Part shown: one piece after another, positions 51,947 to 64,000 of the stretch
Layout of the letters: each line of letters begins with the position of its first letter
Position numbering within the stretch: the first letter of the stretch is position 1
Source: Psammoneis japonica
Taxonomy: Eukaryota
Assembly: GCA_008632985.1 (NCBI GenBank)
Contig: QPGO01000050.1
Coordinates: 62,001-126,000, forward strand
Direction: 5' to 3'
DNA: 64,000 nucleotides
Program-made: the position numbers and the translations under genes
The notes under the pieces: model-generated
Database searches by the model: none
What the model was told of the DNA's origin: nothing
The model's input: the letters and a program-made list of their open reading frames with translations, nothing else

Positions 51947-52324
51947 GGCCGGCCTCCAGCGGGAGTTGTTGATTGAAGCTCGGATAAAAGGGAGGAAATA
52001 CCACTGTCCTTCTTGACACTGCTTGCATTGGTGGATTTGGCGGATTCTTTCTTTTTGCCGATGCAGAAAAATTGAAAATCCGAGAATGCCGAATCCAAAA
52101 TCGCTGTCTGTAAAGCATGTTTGTCTGCTCTTTGTCACCTGGTCGCGCAACAAATCGCGCCAAAACGATTGGGCGCGCCATTTTTTTGCAGAGCTCGAAA
52201 AACCTCTCGTTCAAAATTCGGCATCTCGATCGGACGCACACACAACAACGAGCCAACCACTAAAAAACCCACGAAGTGCATCAAGTACGGCACCCTAAAA
52301 CCTAAGTAAGGCTTTGAGGAGAGG

Positions 52325-55300
52325 ATGGAAGACAAAACCGTTGCTTCGTTCTCACAAAAGCCACCGTTAGGTGCATTACCACCATCGTTGTTGCAGCAAT
52401 CGATTGCGGTGGCTGCCCACGGTGTCACTCCTTCTCCGGCATTGCTTCAGACGGCTGCACCTCCCTCCGTGAAGGACAGCAACAGCGGAATCCAGAGCTC
52501 AGATCAAAGGCGCTTGTTTGATACGATGAGTCCAAAGGGTAAGTGTCACATCATACAGTATTTCTGCCAGGCTTACGTTGCTCACACGTTTCATTCCCAT
52601 CTTTCGCCTTCTGACGTAGGCGACGCTGAGAATATGCCCCGTCGATCTGGGCGTAAGAAGACATCCACCCTCATTCATGTCAACGGCCAAGCGGTTCTAA
52701 AACAGAACAATTACGTCCTGAAAGGCTTGACTTACAAGTATGGTGCAGTCGATGATGATGAAAACAAAATACCGTCGGCCAGAACGGCTGCGGCTGATGC
52801 TAAACCGCCCAGGAAGAAGGCCCCACCTCGTCCTCCGAATCCATCGCAGCTCCAACGTACTGAGCACAACTCGCGTGTTCTAGAAGAGGTAAAAAAGAAG
52901 GAAGGTTTACGAAACGGGTATTTGGCGTCCAACCTCTCTACGCTGGAACCCTTCTTGGATGAGAAAGTCAAAAAGAAGCTTCAGGAGATCCCTCCGTCGA
53001 AAGCTATTGCCCATACCATTGTTCAACCGCCCGATTCAATCACAGCAGAGATGCGAGACTACCAGCTGGAAGGTCTTCAGTGGATGTCAAATATGCATAA
53101 GGCCAATCTCGGAATGATATTGGGCGACGAGATGGGTCTGGTAAGAAACGGTCCCGCAGAGATGGTTTGCTTCTTAAAATATTTGTATCTAATGTTTTCG
53201 TCTTGTTCTTCTTACGTAACTACCGCAAAGGGGAAAACGCTGCAGACCATTTCTCTGTTTTGTCATCTCAAGGAAACACAGGGCACGACAGGGCCATCCC
53301 TGGTGATTGCACCGTTGTCCGTCTTATACTCGTGGTGCAGTAAGTTAAAGATGAATGTGCGCTTCTCAGAATCCATGTTTCGTCACTCACTTATGCGCAT
53401 CTATTCGTCGTATCCAGGCGAATTGGACAAGTGGGCTCCTTCACTCAAGTACATGCGTTTCCATAGCTCAAGCCAAGATGAAAGAGAGGCGCAACGCGTT
53501 GCTCTCATGGAAAAGGGAACTTTATATGACGTCGTTGTGACCACGTACGAAATGGCAAAGTCTCCCATGCTCCGTAACCTCTGGTCTAGGCAGTGCTTCA
53601 ACTGTTTGGTTCTAGACGAGGGACACAGAATCAAGGATGTGGACTCTTTGATTTCGCAGGGAGTACGGTTGATTCGCTGTGAAACCAAGCTCATTCTGAC
53701 AGGAACTCCCCTACAGAATAACCTTGTCGAACTTTGGGCTCTTCTGAATTTTTTGTACCCAACCGTCTTTGTCGAATCTGAGCCTTTCTCTCAAGCCTTT
53801 AACTTGACTGAGAATCGAATTGACCCGACACCCTCCGTAAAGCACATGCTCTTTTGGGACTATTTATGATCCGTCGATTAAAATCGGAAGTGGAGAAGCT
53901 CATGCCGAAAAAGATAGAGACCAAGGTGATTTGCCCGCTGAGTCAAACACAAATCTTTTGGTACGTTTTAATTCGATTTCTGTGCGTAAACCGTGGTTTT
54001 TTTCTGTGTTCACGCATTCTTCTTCTTGTGGCTTTTAGGTACAAGGCGCTCCTTATGGAGGATATCAATCTCCTGGCGAAAGCATCAGAGTCGGGCGCTG
54101 AAGATGCGCCCAAAACGTCATACCAACGTCTCAACAACCTTGTTATGCAGCTAAGGAAATGCTGTCTGCACCCCTTTCTGTTTGCGGGCGCCGAGACAAA
54201 TCTTGAAGAAACTACATGCAACGAATTAGTTGCGGCTTCTGGAAAGCTTGCTGTTTTGGATAAACTCCTGCGAAGCCTTTATACCAAGGGTCACCGCGTT
54301 GTGCTTTTCTCGCAGTTCACCTCTGTTTTGGATATTCTGGAGGATTACTGTACGATGCGGGGCTGGAAGTACTGTAGGTTTGACGGCTCAACCGCACGCG
54401 CCAAGAGGAACCACATTGTAAATCAATTCAATGCGCCTGGTTCCAACGTGTTCATTTTCCTGATGAGCACGAGAAGCGGAGGTATCGGCCTAAACCTTCA
54501 AACGGCTGACACGTGCATCCTCTTTGATCAAGACTACAACCCACAGCCTGATCTCCAAGCTATGGCACGAGTTCACAGGATCGGTCAGAAGAAAACTGTT
54601 CATGTAAGCCCGTTGTTTGAGTTGCCAATTTCGAGAGCCACAACATTCCTCACTATTCTTTCTTCGTTATTCGTTTCCCAAGGTGTATCGCCTTGTATGC
54701 GGCGGGACAGTTGAGGAGAGAATCCTGGAGCGTGCCCAAAAGAAGCTTTATCTTGACCAGATGGTGAACGTGAACTCTTGCGAGGAAGCAGAAGACGACG
54801 GCTCTTCTCAGGAAGTTTCGAAACGTGACCTTTTGTCCACTCTCACCTTCGGTTGCGACGCCGTATTTGGAGAGGACAGCGAGAAGCAAAATGAACTTCC
54901 CACCGATGAAGATATCGAGGTCATTACGGATCGCACTCGTACAGAGGACACGTCGCAGGGGCAGCTCAAAGGTGGAATATCGAGCAAGGCATCTGATTTC
55001 GAGGCTAGCCGAGAACTAACGGCAACGACCCAACTTGGTGGCATTGACTTCAAGAGCCTCCGTGACGCACACAAGAAAAGATCGTCGCAAACCATAGCTG
55101 ATCAGTGGAAGAGCTTCCAGCATGAGAAACGTAAGCGGAAGAGCCGCGTGATCCTTGTAGACTCTAACGGTTCCGGATATGGGTCGGCTGTTCCTGTGCT
55201 TGCTGCAAACAACTACGATCTCGAGGCGGGGGAAAGCTCTGTTTTCCAAAGAGAGCTTGGTGGGAGCAAGGGAAATTACGGGCAGGTTAAGAAAAAGGTC

Positions 55301-56282
55301 AAAAGGTCTGGTATCGATTTCCAGGAGCAAGACTTGTAAGTACTTTCTGCTTTCCGAATCATCAGAAATGACGTCTTGCTTGCTTACTTTACATGCTCTC
55401 TTGCCTTTGTTTAGTTGTCAAGTGTGTGGAGACGGAGGTCTCGTCGTCTGTTGCCCATTCTGCCCAGTCGCGGTGCATTTACAATGCGCTGGTATCACTC
55501 ATGCGAAGCATTTCTCGACTTGCAGCCATCACCGATGCTCTTCCTGCGACAAGAATTTGTCCGCAGCTGGAGGCATCCTGTTTCCGTGCCAGAGTTGCCC
55601 AGTTTCGTTTTGCGAGGACTGCCTTCCTACCCGAGCACCAGGGGCTCGAATCATAGGCCGTTGCGAACGCTTCGAGAAGCTCGGTTTCGTTAGCAAGCAC
55701 TTTGCTTACATCAATTGTTCGGCACAGTGCGAGGAATACGCCAAAAAGGAATTCAATTGGACACCGCCTAATGACAAGCCGCAACCTTGTCCACCGGCAT
55801 TGGACATATCGCATGCATTTGGAGCCACAATCGATGAAACATTTGAGGCTCCGAAAACGGATGAACTTCCCCGGCTCCGTGCTCGAAAAGTGACCAACTA
55901 CGCCGAATTGAAGAACGATACTCCGTCTCCTCCAAACAAGAAACAAGCGACGGCCGCAGCTCGTTTCCTTTCCAATTTACACCATGCGGAGAACCGTGAA
56001 AAAGTGGCCAACCACGCCAAACTAACCGTTAACGGTTCGTGTCCTCCAGATCAGAAACAGGTCACTGTCGCAGCAGTCATCCCCGCCAAGTTGCAGCGTG
56101 CAGAAAATCCCGAGGTAATCGAAATTCAGGATAGTCCAGAAGTATCAAAAATGGACGCCAAGTTGCAGCGTGCGGAAAATCCCGAGGTAATCGAAATTCA
56201 GGATAGTCCAGAAGTGTCAAAGATGGAAAGCAATGCGTCTCCTCTAGCCCCCCAAAGCTCAGTCGGGTGGCGATTATTGTGA
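52325..56282 (+). CDS. SNF2/ISWI-like chromatin remodelling ATPase with C-terminal PHD-type zinc fingers, multi-exon
   Basis: MRDYQLEGLQWM, ILGDEMGL/GKT, LVLDEGH, LTGTPLQNN, MQLRKCCLHP, STRSGGIGLNLQTAD, QAMARVHRIGQ and CQVCGDGG...CSHHRC...CPVSFCEDC. There is a 1-bp frameshift at about 53828. Confidence 0.93.
56085..56228 (+). repeat. In-frame 72-bp tandem duplication in the helicase C-terminus
   Basis: AKLQRAENPEVIEIQDSPEVSKM occurs twice. Confidence 0.9.
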
Positions 56283-56629
56283 TCGAGGACATTCCAGTCA
56301 ACTAATTTTTGTATGGTGAATCAGCCAAGAGTTGGAAACGCAAGAGCACAACCTGTTGTCTTAAAACATCGACTATAAATTTTGTGTACGGTATTCGCCA
56401 TCTTCGTTGTACCTCAGTCCTCTGTGTGGCTATTCTAGCTAGAGAGAAAAGTAGTCACGCATGTACTCTAGGTAAATCTAATCTGGTTTCGACGATAGCG
56501 AGGAGGGCAATACTAGTACAACTCAAGTGGAAAATGAACGGTTGTAAAGAAGGGAAAGGAGCGAGAAATCGAAGAGAACAACGGATACTACGAGGAAATC
56601 ACAAGGATCACCAAGTCCTATGAAAAGAT

Positions 56630-57540
56630 GCATGGCCCTGTTGGTCAAGCCTAGAATCATCTTAAAAATCAAAGCTCGAAAAGGCAGCCAATTCTGTGAA
56701 GCAAGCTAGAAACGAAGCTAATCGACACTTTGATGAAATCGGACGTGACATGGATGAAGCAGATCAGAAGATCAAGTCTCTACTGAACGAAGTCGAAGGC
56801 CTACAGTTTGCAAGGAAATTTCTGGCCCACTGGATTCGTGCTCCCGAAGGTGTTTGGAAAACTACAGGCGCATACTGCTGATGCTCAAGCTATGTCATGT
56901 TTGCATAATCTCATCACGTGGGTTCTGAAGAGGCCATGCGGGTACGGATCTCACGGCAACAAGCTGGGTACAAGTACTGAAGCAGTCCAGCTGTCTTATC
57001 AAAGATACGTTTGCCAAGAAATGGTAGAGCCGCCCTTGCTTACTGAAGACAGGAAGTTTTCATTGCGGATTTACGTTGTATACTTTTCGGAGTCAGCATC
57101 AGGTGACGACGGATGTTGATATCTTTTTGTCTCGGACTAGGGTTTAGCTAAACTTGCTTCTGTTCCCTTCGAAAGTGGACAGGATAAAAATGACGATCGA
57201 CTTCACATGACGAATTCTGCTCGAGAGATGCCATGTCGCAGCAAGACTTAGTGTATCTCGAAGAGACTCGGAGAGAAGCTTGACAAAGCAGGCTTCACTT
57301 ACAGGGACCACACGTGCAAATCGATAGAAGCAGTCGTAGGAAGCTACGTAAGAATTCAATGGTGAGTATTCTATCGGTCTCGACTTGCCACTTTTGGAAT
57401 CCCAAAACTATTGGGCTTTGACTACGTGCTAGACGCTATAACGCCACACTGTTTCTGTTCGAGGTCAATCACGTCCCCGGCCTGGAAGCAAGGGTTCTGT
57501 GCTACCGACAGACTTGGTGTGGATGCATGGGACAGCTTAG
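56630..57540 (+). pseudogene. Tubulin-tyrosine ligase-like (TTL/TTLL) pseudogene fragment
   Basis: YVCQEMVEPPLLTEDRKFSLRIYVVY, GLAKLASVPF, HMTNS, LLGFDYVLD and FEVNHVPGL, with in-frame stops at 57117 and 57138 plus frameshifts. Confidence 0.75.
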
Positions 57541-57580
57541 GGATGCAACGACCAGAACACGTCGGACATACGTCGCTGCA

Positions 57581-58492
57581 TCAACCAATATGAGTAACAA
57601 CATCTTCTTTCGTCACAGCGCAATAGTCATCAGACAAATCCCAATAGTCAATATGCTTCCCGCTTTCGAACCCTTTCTCCAATATCAGCTTTACCAACCT
57701 CCTGGCTGTATCCTCCGGCTTCACGAGTGTGCCTTCTTCGTGCGAAGTGCGGAAGAATTTTCGGAGTTTCTCATCCAGATCATCGCATTCAGCAAGCGCC
57801 GTCGTCATCTTTGTCTCACACGCTCCGGGAGCGTAGTTGAGGAATTCGACATTATATTTACTGCAATCTTCTTGTGCTAGCGCCTGGTGAAACATATCTC
57901 TCGCCGCCTTACCAGCACAATAAATTGACATGGTTGGAAACGGCTCTATCGCACACAGGGAAGATATGTTTACAACGACACAATGCGGAGGCGACGACGG
58001 TGGGGTACCGGTTGACTTCTTGAACTTTATGGTCTCCTGAACGAAACGAACGCTAAGCCACAAACTGGATGTCACATTGAAATCAATAGCCTCCTGGAAA
58101 TCTTTTACAGACTTAAGTTCCAAGCAGGAGCCCAGATGCCCAAGCGTCCCTGCGTTGTTTATCAGTATGACACGATCAAATCGACTCATTGAAGAAGATT
58201 CCTCTTCCAGAAGTCTATCAATTTCGTCATCCAATTTATCCAGCTTGGAAAGGTCGATTGCATTTACCCCAACTTCGAGTGTCTGATGAGCTCGTTTTTC
58301 TTCCAGGACCAGTCGTTCAGTCTCAAACAAATCGTCCTGTGACCGCGCCACAAGAACCACTCGAATGACGGATATTTCATCAGAAGCATTTTTGACAAAA
58401 GAAACTGCGATGGCGCGTCCAATACCTCTTGAGGCCCCAGTGACAACAACTAGCAGTGATGACATAATGCGAAACGCAACGGCGTCATTCAT
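57581..58492 (-). CDS. SPR: Sepiapterin reductase-like short-chain dehydrogenase/reductase
   Basis: TGASRGIG, LINNAGTLG, VNISSL, YCAGKAARDM, LNYAPG and FESGKHIDYWD. The start may be the second Met (about 58465). Confidence 0.88.
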   Translation of the reverse strand: MNDAVAFRIMSSLLVVVTGASRGIGRAIAVSFVKNASDEISVIRVVLVARSQDDLFETERLVLEEKRAHQTLEVGVNAIDLSKLDKLDDEIDRLLEEESSSMSRFDRVILINNAGTLGHLGSCLELKSVKDFQEAIDFNVTSSLWLSVRFVQETIKFKKSTGTPPSSPPHCVVVNISSLCAIEPFPTMSIYCAGKAARDMFHQALAQEDCSKYNVEFLNYAPGACETKMTTALAECDDLDEKLRKFFRTSHEEGTLVKPEDTARRLVKLILEKGFESGKHIDYWDLSDDYCAVTKEDVVTHIG

Positions 58493-59189
58493 TTACTGTA
58501 CTTCTACAACGAGATGATAACTCCAATGTGAATTTTAGTACCATGCGAATGTGTTTTTTTCGGCGAACGAGGTTCAAGGTGACGGACGGACCACACTAAA
58601 AGCAAGACAGCACATACAGCTGCCCATTATCCCCGCTCCCCGAATCGTGTGCATCGCGCACGATGCACACCGATTCAGACCTCTCGTGCTTTTCCCCCGC
58701 CGAGCTTGAATCGGACTGACGGCATAAATCTTACAGTTAACACAGAGGTTGTTCCTCCCCGAAAGCGAAAAAGAGCCAAGTTCAACCGTTCTTATCGAAG
58801 CTGACATGTAAACATTGGGTATTTATGGCGGGAAAACTTGCGTAGCTTCTACGCGTGTGCACTGTTGGCGATGCACTCAGTACATTTCTACGTCTTTTCT
58901 ACGTGTGAAATCGCTATTTACCCGGATTTGCTTCCCTCACCCGGAAATGTTTCTACCGTAGACAGTACAACGCGGTCGGAAGTTTTCGCGCCTTGTTATC
59001 GTGTTGTTGTCGCGCACTTTCCGACAGGCAGTCAATGAAACAATTATTGGAGGACGAGATGAGCCAATCAAACCCTAGAAAAACAGCATAAAGCACGTCA
59101 AGCGTAGTAGAAGACGAGGACGTGTTGAAATTTATTAACAGAGGCCCTTGAAGAGACAAGTTTTAGCGATAAAGTAGTGCCAAAAAAGA

Positions 59190-62100
59190 CTTCACGTGCA
59201 TCGCCCACGATGCACGTCAGCGATTTTGGGCGATTTTCTGAAGTTCGCGTGTGCATCGTGCGCGATGCACACCGGGAGCGGGGTTATCGTGTCGCCATCA
59301 GCTAAGCTGGCAGAAACGCTGCGAGAGGGAGAGAAGCGCACTGTTCCATGCAGGTGCTCGACTGAAATCAATGATTGACCATGATGCACAAAGGCAACAA
59401 CATCGCAAAAAAGGGAAACTTCTTCAGAATTTAACATCCAGCCACTGGACAGGAAGCACCATCTTCTTGCCATCGAAACACTTTCCCACATCTGGGCTGC
59501 CCCCCCGCCCCTCAGAGTGCAGTCCACACCATCAACCATGTCAGCAGTGCCTCTTCACACTGCATGGCGCAAGTGCAAGCTTGCATGGGCATTCACACAA
59601 CATGCACTTCCAGGGCTCTGACTTGCTCAAACTCAAGAACAAGAAGTTTGATGTCGTCACAAGATGTTGCTGGCATCTGCCAGTGGTGAGTGTGTCTCAC
59701 TTTTTGCACTCTGACATGCTTTGCAAGGCATGGCTCAAAAACAGAGCTGGAGTCAGTGCAGCATTGCACCCAAGCTTTTCAAAGGACTTGTGCATGTCTA
59801 GCCTGGCAGGTGCTGGGCACAATCTTTTCCCTTGGGTCAGAGCCTGCTGTGCTCATGCACTCATGAAACTCAGTTCCATGGGTGCCAACACAACATGTTC
59901 CTTGGACAGTGTTCAGTCAGCACTGTCATTGGAAATGTCTGTGGTGCAGAGGGCTGAAGCCCTGGCATGGTGTCAAGGGCTTTGTTGTCTGGCAGGGGAG
60001 TGTCACAAGCAACCTTTCTGACACCATCAACAAGCGGCCTGCTCATCTCAGCATTTGTGGATTCTGAGCTTGCCACTGGCAGCAACTGGCTTGAATTGCT
60101 CATGGCTTTTTTCTCAGCTGATCCAGTGGCTGTCATGACAAGACCTGGTGCTCAGCTGGCTTGTTGCCTTTTGTCACTTTTGTGTTTTGCTTTCTTCTCA
60201 GCTCTGCAGCTTTTGCACATCTGAAGAAGTGAGACAATGTGATTTGTCCCTCCCACTCCTTTTGCACAGCTGTTTACTCTCTGCAAGGCACCACCACTCT
60301 TTGCTCATGTTGAGCAATGCTCTGCAGCAAAGCCATTGTTGGAAACAGCTTGCCTGTTTTGAAGCCAATCACATGCCAACACAGCAGTCTGAAGTGCAGT
60401 TGCAACAACCCTGCTCTTTGTGGTTTCCAGCTGCAGGAAACCTTGCACTCAGTCAGATCTCCAGCATTGTTGCAGGGATGACACAAGGGGTCTCAGATTG
60501 ACAGAAAGAGTGACTTTTTAGCCAAAAATTGAAAGGATCCTTTTTTCAAAAATGTGTGCGTGGGTTGGCACATCTGAGGGCAAATGGCAGAGGGGCCATT
60601 GATGCATGCCGCTGCTGTCAATTGAAACAGCCAGCTCAGGAGATGGCATGGCTGTCTTTCCCCACTGGAGAAAAAAAATCCAATTGCTGCCACTCCATTG
60701 CCAGCTGGGCTGGCACTGGCTGATGCACACTCCCAGCATGCTGTTTCAACAATGCGACAGGAGCTGACATGGACTGGCCAATGCCTGACCAAAAACTGAG
60801 AATGGCTCAAGTGCCACAAAGCACAAAGCCCTTTGCCTCCTTGCTTTGGACTCTCTTTGAGGCATGGTTTGGCCACAGAGACCCAGTTTGTCACTCTTGT
60901 TGCTGAGCAAGTGAGAGATGTTCCTTGACATCATCCACAAAGATGTTGTGGTCTTTGGCGAGGTGCTGCCCACCCACCATCCAAAGAAGGAAGTGCAAGA
61001 GCGCACCATTCCATGTGGTTGCTCAACTGAAATGAGTGGAAATCAATGACTTGCCAAAGGCAACAACATTGCAAAAAAGGCAAACTTTTTCAGATCAGAA
61101 GAGTTGCTGTGGCACCCATCCAGCCACTGGACAGGAAGCACCTTGACAGCACCAAAACACTTCCCCCACACATGACATGGCCCTCTCATGATTGCAGGCC
61201 GACCCTCCCCACAAGAGCAGGTGACTCTTGGCTGGCAAAAGAATTTGAGCACCAGCTTGTTCAGTTGCAACAGGCAACACAGTGGCTTTGTGTTCCCTCG
61301 CACCATCATGTTTTCCCTGCATGCTCCTGCTGCACATTGGCACACTGGGGGTGCTGGTGGTTGACTTGTTGCTTGTTGCCGGAGTTGCAGGGTGGTGGGG
61401 AAGTGCAGCAGCACCCAAAATGCAGAATTTTGGTTTTGTTTGCATGTTGCCCCCACATGGAGAAGGGACATGTGACAATGAGTGAGTTCTTGGTTGGACA
61501 TGTGGTGGTGGCCCCAGCAAGCCAACACTGCCATGTTGCCATCTGGCCCATTCTGACTTGATTTGCCCCAGCAGAGCATGGCTGTTCTGCTGTGCAGCTG
61601 CTGACTCCCTGAAAAACAAAGGCTGGTTCCAGCTCCAGAGCTGTCATGCATGCTCCACCAAATGGCAAACTCACATTTGGCATGACCAACTCCTTGCCTT
61701 CAAATTTTGTGATTTTTGATTTTTGGAGCATTTCTGGGGAGCTGTGTCTTTTTGTTTTGTGTCCAAAGTGATTTGAAAAAATTGTCTTTTTCTGCATCAA
61801 AAATGTGGTGGCGTGCTCACAACTTTTTTCATGTTTTTTTAGCTTGCGCTTGTTCTCTGCACCTCTGAGCTGAGCTGAGCTGACATTGTCACATTGCAAC
61901 GAACTTCTCTGGCCATCAGAGTGTCAATTTTTGCTGCACATGCCAAAAGAATGTTTCCTCTACCCCTCTTCACCTGCTCACTTTGCAGCCCAGCTGTCTT
62001 GTAGATTGCACTGCTGCACACCCCACCCCCAGAAAACCAAGTTTGTTTCCAAAGTGTTGGCCACCAGTGGACTGCAAGTCAGGAACTGCACCCCCAGCCC

Positions 62101-64000
62101 AACCAAAAACCACACGGTTGCCAAGAGGAGTTTCGTCCAAGGACACCACTTCAACTCTTTGGCTGGCATGTGTCTTGTTGTCACAGGCAAGAGGAGCAGC
62201 ATCAATGAAAGTCAGCAAGCAAGGTTGGCTTGGAGAGGGATTTGAAGCTTTTGTGGCACGTGGTGTGTGCCAAATCAGCCAAGATTGAAACAGACATGGC
62301 TCACAGTTGACAGCACACCCTTGCTGTGCAGTGCATGACATGGGAGCTGCTGAGGCTGGTTGCACAAGCAAGGGTGACAGCTTTGCTGGTGCTTGTCAGC
62401 CCCCCACACAGCCTTTCCCTGTGGCCAAGATGGCAGGGTGCTGCTGGGGCCACCGGGCTGCACTGTGTGCACTGCCTGTCTCCAACACAGTGACCTGTCA
62501 TTGCAGCTCTCTCTAAAATGTCAACGAAGCATGTGCACAGACACACAACAGCAATGAGCACTGTGGCAGCAATTGGAGAGCAGCAATGTCAGGCAGTGTG
62601 ACAGCACATGGAGCACGCAACAGCTCATTGCTCTGGAGGGCCAGCACTCTCAACACAAGTTGAGCTCTCTTGTTTTGGATGCAGCGCAGCACTTTGCTTG
62701 TTGAGGACATCTTCCAAAACCCTTTCAAAAGCATGAGAGAACAAAGTGATGGTTTTGTGCTGGTGCAGGTGCTCACTGGGGTTGCCGAGCTGGAAGGAGC
62801 AATGGCACCATGCACAATGAAGAATGAAGGGAGTGTCAGTGGCAGTTGATGCAGCTGTGTGAAGATGCTCATCAACGAACAAAAAAAGCATTGCCCAAAG
62901 TTTAGCTTGGGCCTTGATGAATGCTGCCACATGGCACTCACATGTGTCTGAGGTGCAACATCAATGGCCGGTCATTTCTCTCTGTGTGGATCACTTGCAG
63001 CTGACACCATCAATCATGTTGGTGGCTTCTGCTTGCCAGAATGAGCCCAACTTTGCATGGGCATTCACAACATGGTGCACTTCCATGGTGGGCTTCCATG
63101 GCTCTGACTTGACTCACGAAGTTTGGTGTTAGATGCTGGGATGTGACTGGCATCTGTCAGCCACTGGCATCACATGTCACACGCTGACATGCTTTGCAGG
63201 GCATGGCTCAAATGTGGTGCGCTGCTGGAGTTTGCGCAGCACATGCGTGAGTCTGGCTGCATGGGTGGGCTTCTTTTGTTGCATTTTCAAACTTTTTCAC
63301 ATGAACATCTTTTTCTTGGGGTCCAAGTCTGTGTTCATGTGCTCATGAAACTCAGTTTAATGGGTGCCAACACACAACACATCCCTCTGACAATGTCCAA
63401 CCAGCGCTGTTGTCAGAAATGTCTGCAGCACAAAGGATTTCATGTCTGGCATGGTTTCAAGGGCTTCATTGTCTCGTGGGAGTGACGCAAGCAACCTCTC
63501 TTTCTCAGCTGATCCAGCAGCTGATGTGACAGGACTTGGTGCTTTTGACTGGGTTGTTGCTTTTTTCACTTTTGTGTTTCTGTTGCTTCTCAGGGCCGGG
63601 AGCTCTGCAGCTTTCGTGCAACTGAAGTGGGGCAATGTGATTTGCCCCTCACTCCTTTTGACACACAGACATTTGCTCTGCAAGGTGCCACTCTCCTGCA
63701 AGTTTGCTCCTGCAAGATGACACAACACAGCAAAGCCATTGTCAGCAACAGCCTGACTGTTTTGGAGCCAACTTCGCGCCAGCACAGCAGTCTGAAGCAG
63801 CAAGCACAGTCATTGCCACAGCTCTCTGTGTGCTTTCCAGCTGCAAGAAACATTGCACTCAGATGATCACCACATGAGAGTTGAGAGACAAAAACTGCTG
63901 GAACCCTCAGCTGGACAGCTCACAGGCAAGTCTTTGTTGAGATGACACGCTGGCTCAAGAGAGACTCCATCACACTGTGAGGTGTTGGGCGCAACTCCTG
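59190..64000. repeat. Decayed repeat block containing two diverged copies of one unclassified element (about 59360-60490 and 61030-63870)
   Basis: Shared strings caaaggcaacaacat.gcaaaaaagg (59388/61056), tgcatgggcattcaca (59582/63054) and tcatgaaactcagtt (59861/63343). Almost no TA or CG. Confidence 0.75.

Noticed and set aside
34830..52250. Classical fungal RIP or plain 5mC deamination as the explanation for the composition
   Set aside because: RIP increases TpA and CpG decay does not consume it. The pairwise changes here are TA->TG/CA, often with CpG intact.
53820..53870. Programmed frameshifting or pseudogenisation of the SNF2 gene (also the cyclophilin at about 9790 and 10010, the kinase at about 14690 and the PDZ gene)
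   Set aside because: Scattered 1-bp indels in otherwise well-conserved genes are more simply explained as long-read consensus errors. This needs checking against reads.

Overview
Eukaryotic DNA, most likely from a diatom: short GT-AG introns, ASAFAP-type plastid presequences and CoDi-like copia remnants. Four gene islands (about 8.3-18.9, 25.7-34.8 and 52.3-59.2 kb, the first split around the histones) alternate with repeat-rich blocks (1-8.3, 18.9-25.7, 34.8-52.3 and 59.2-64 kb). Genes include a cyclophilin, an AGC kinase, a divergent H4/H3 pair, an FAD monooxygenase, a PDZ-tailed membrane protein, an SNF2/ISWI-PHD helicase and a sepiapterin reductase. The main observation is that the repeat blocks are almost free of TpA. 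A 4-kb segment present twice in the window shows the cause: one copy has directional TA->TG/CA transitions (A->G on either strand, mostly in 5'-TAY-3'), which turn Tyr into Cys/His and erase TAA/TAG stops, while the copy in the gene island is untouched. This looks like a repeat- or heterochromatin-directed A:T->G:C hypermutation process, the reverse polarity of fungal RIP, with CpG decay following later. I do not recognise it as a described system but cannot check the literature. Also present: an IS630-Tc1 element with a cargo ORF, two small TIR elements, a 127-bp satellite and host-gene pseudogenes. All comparisons were made by eye. Several conserved genes have 1-bp indels that may be assembly errors.
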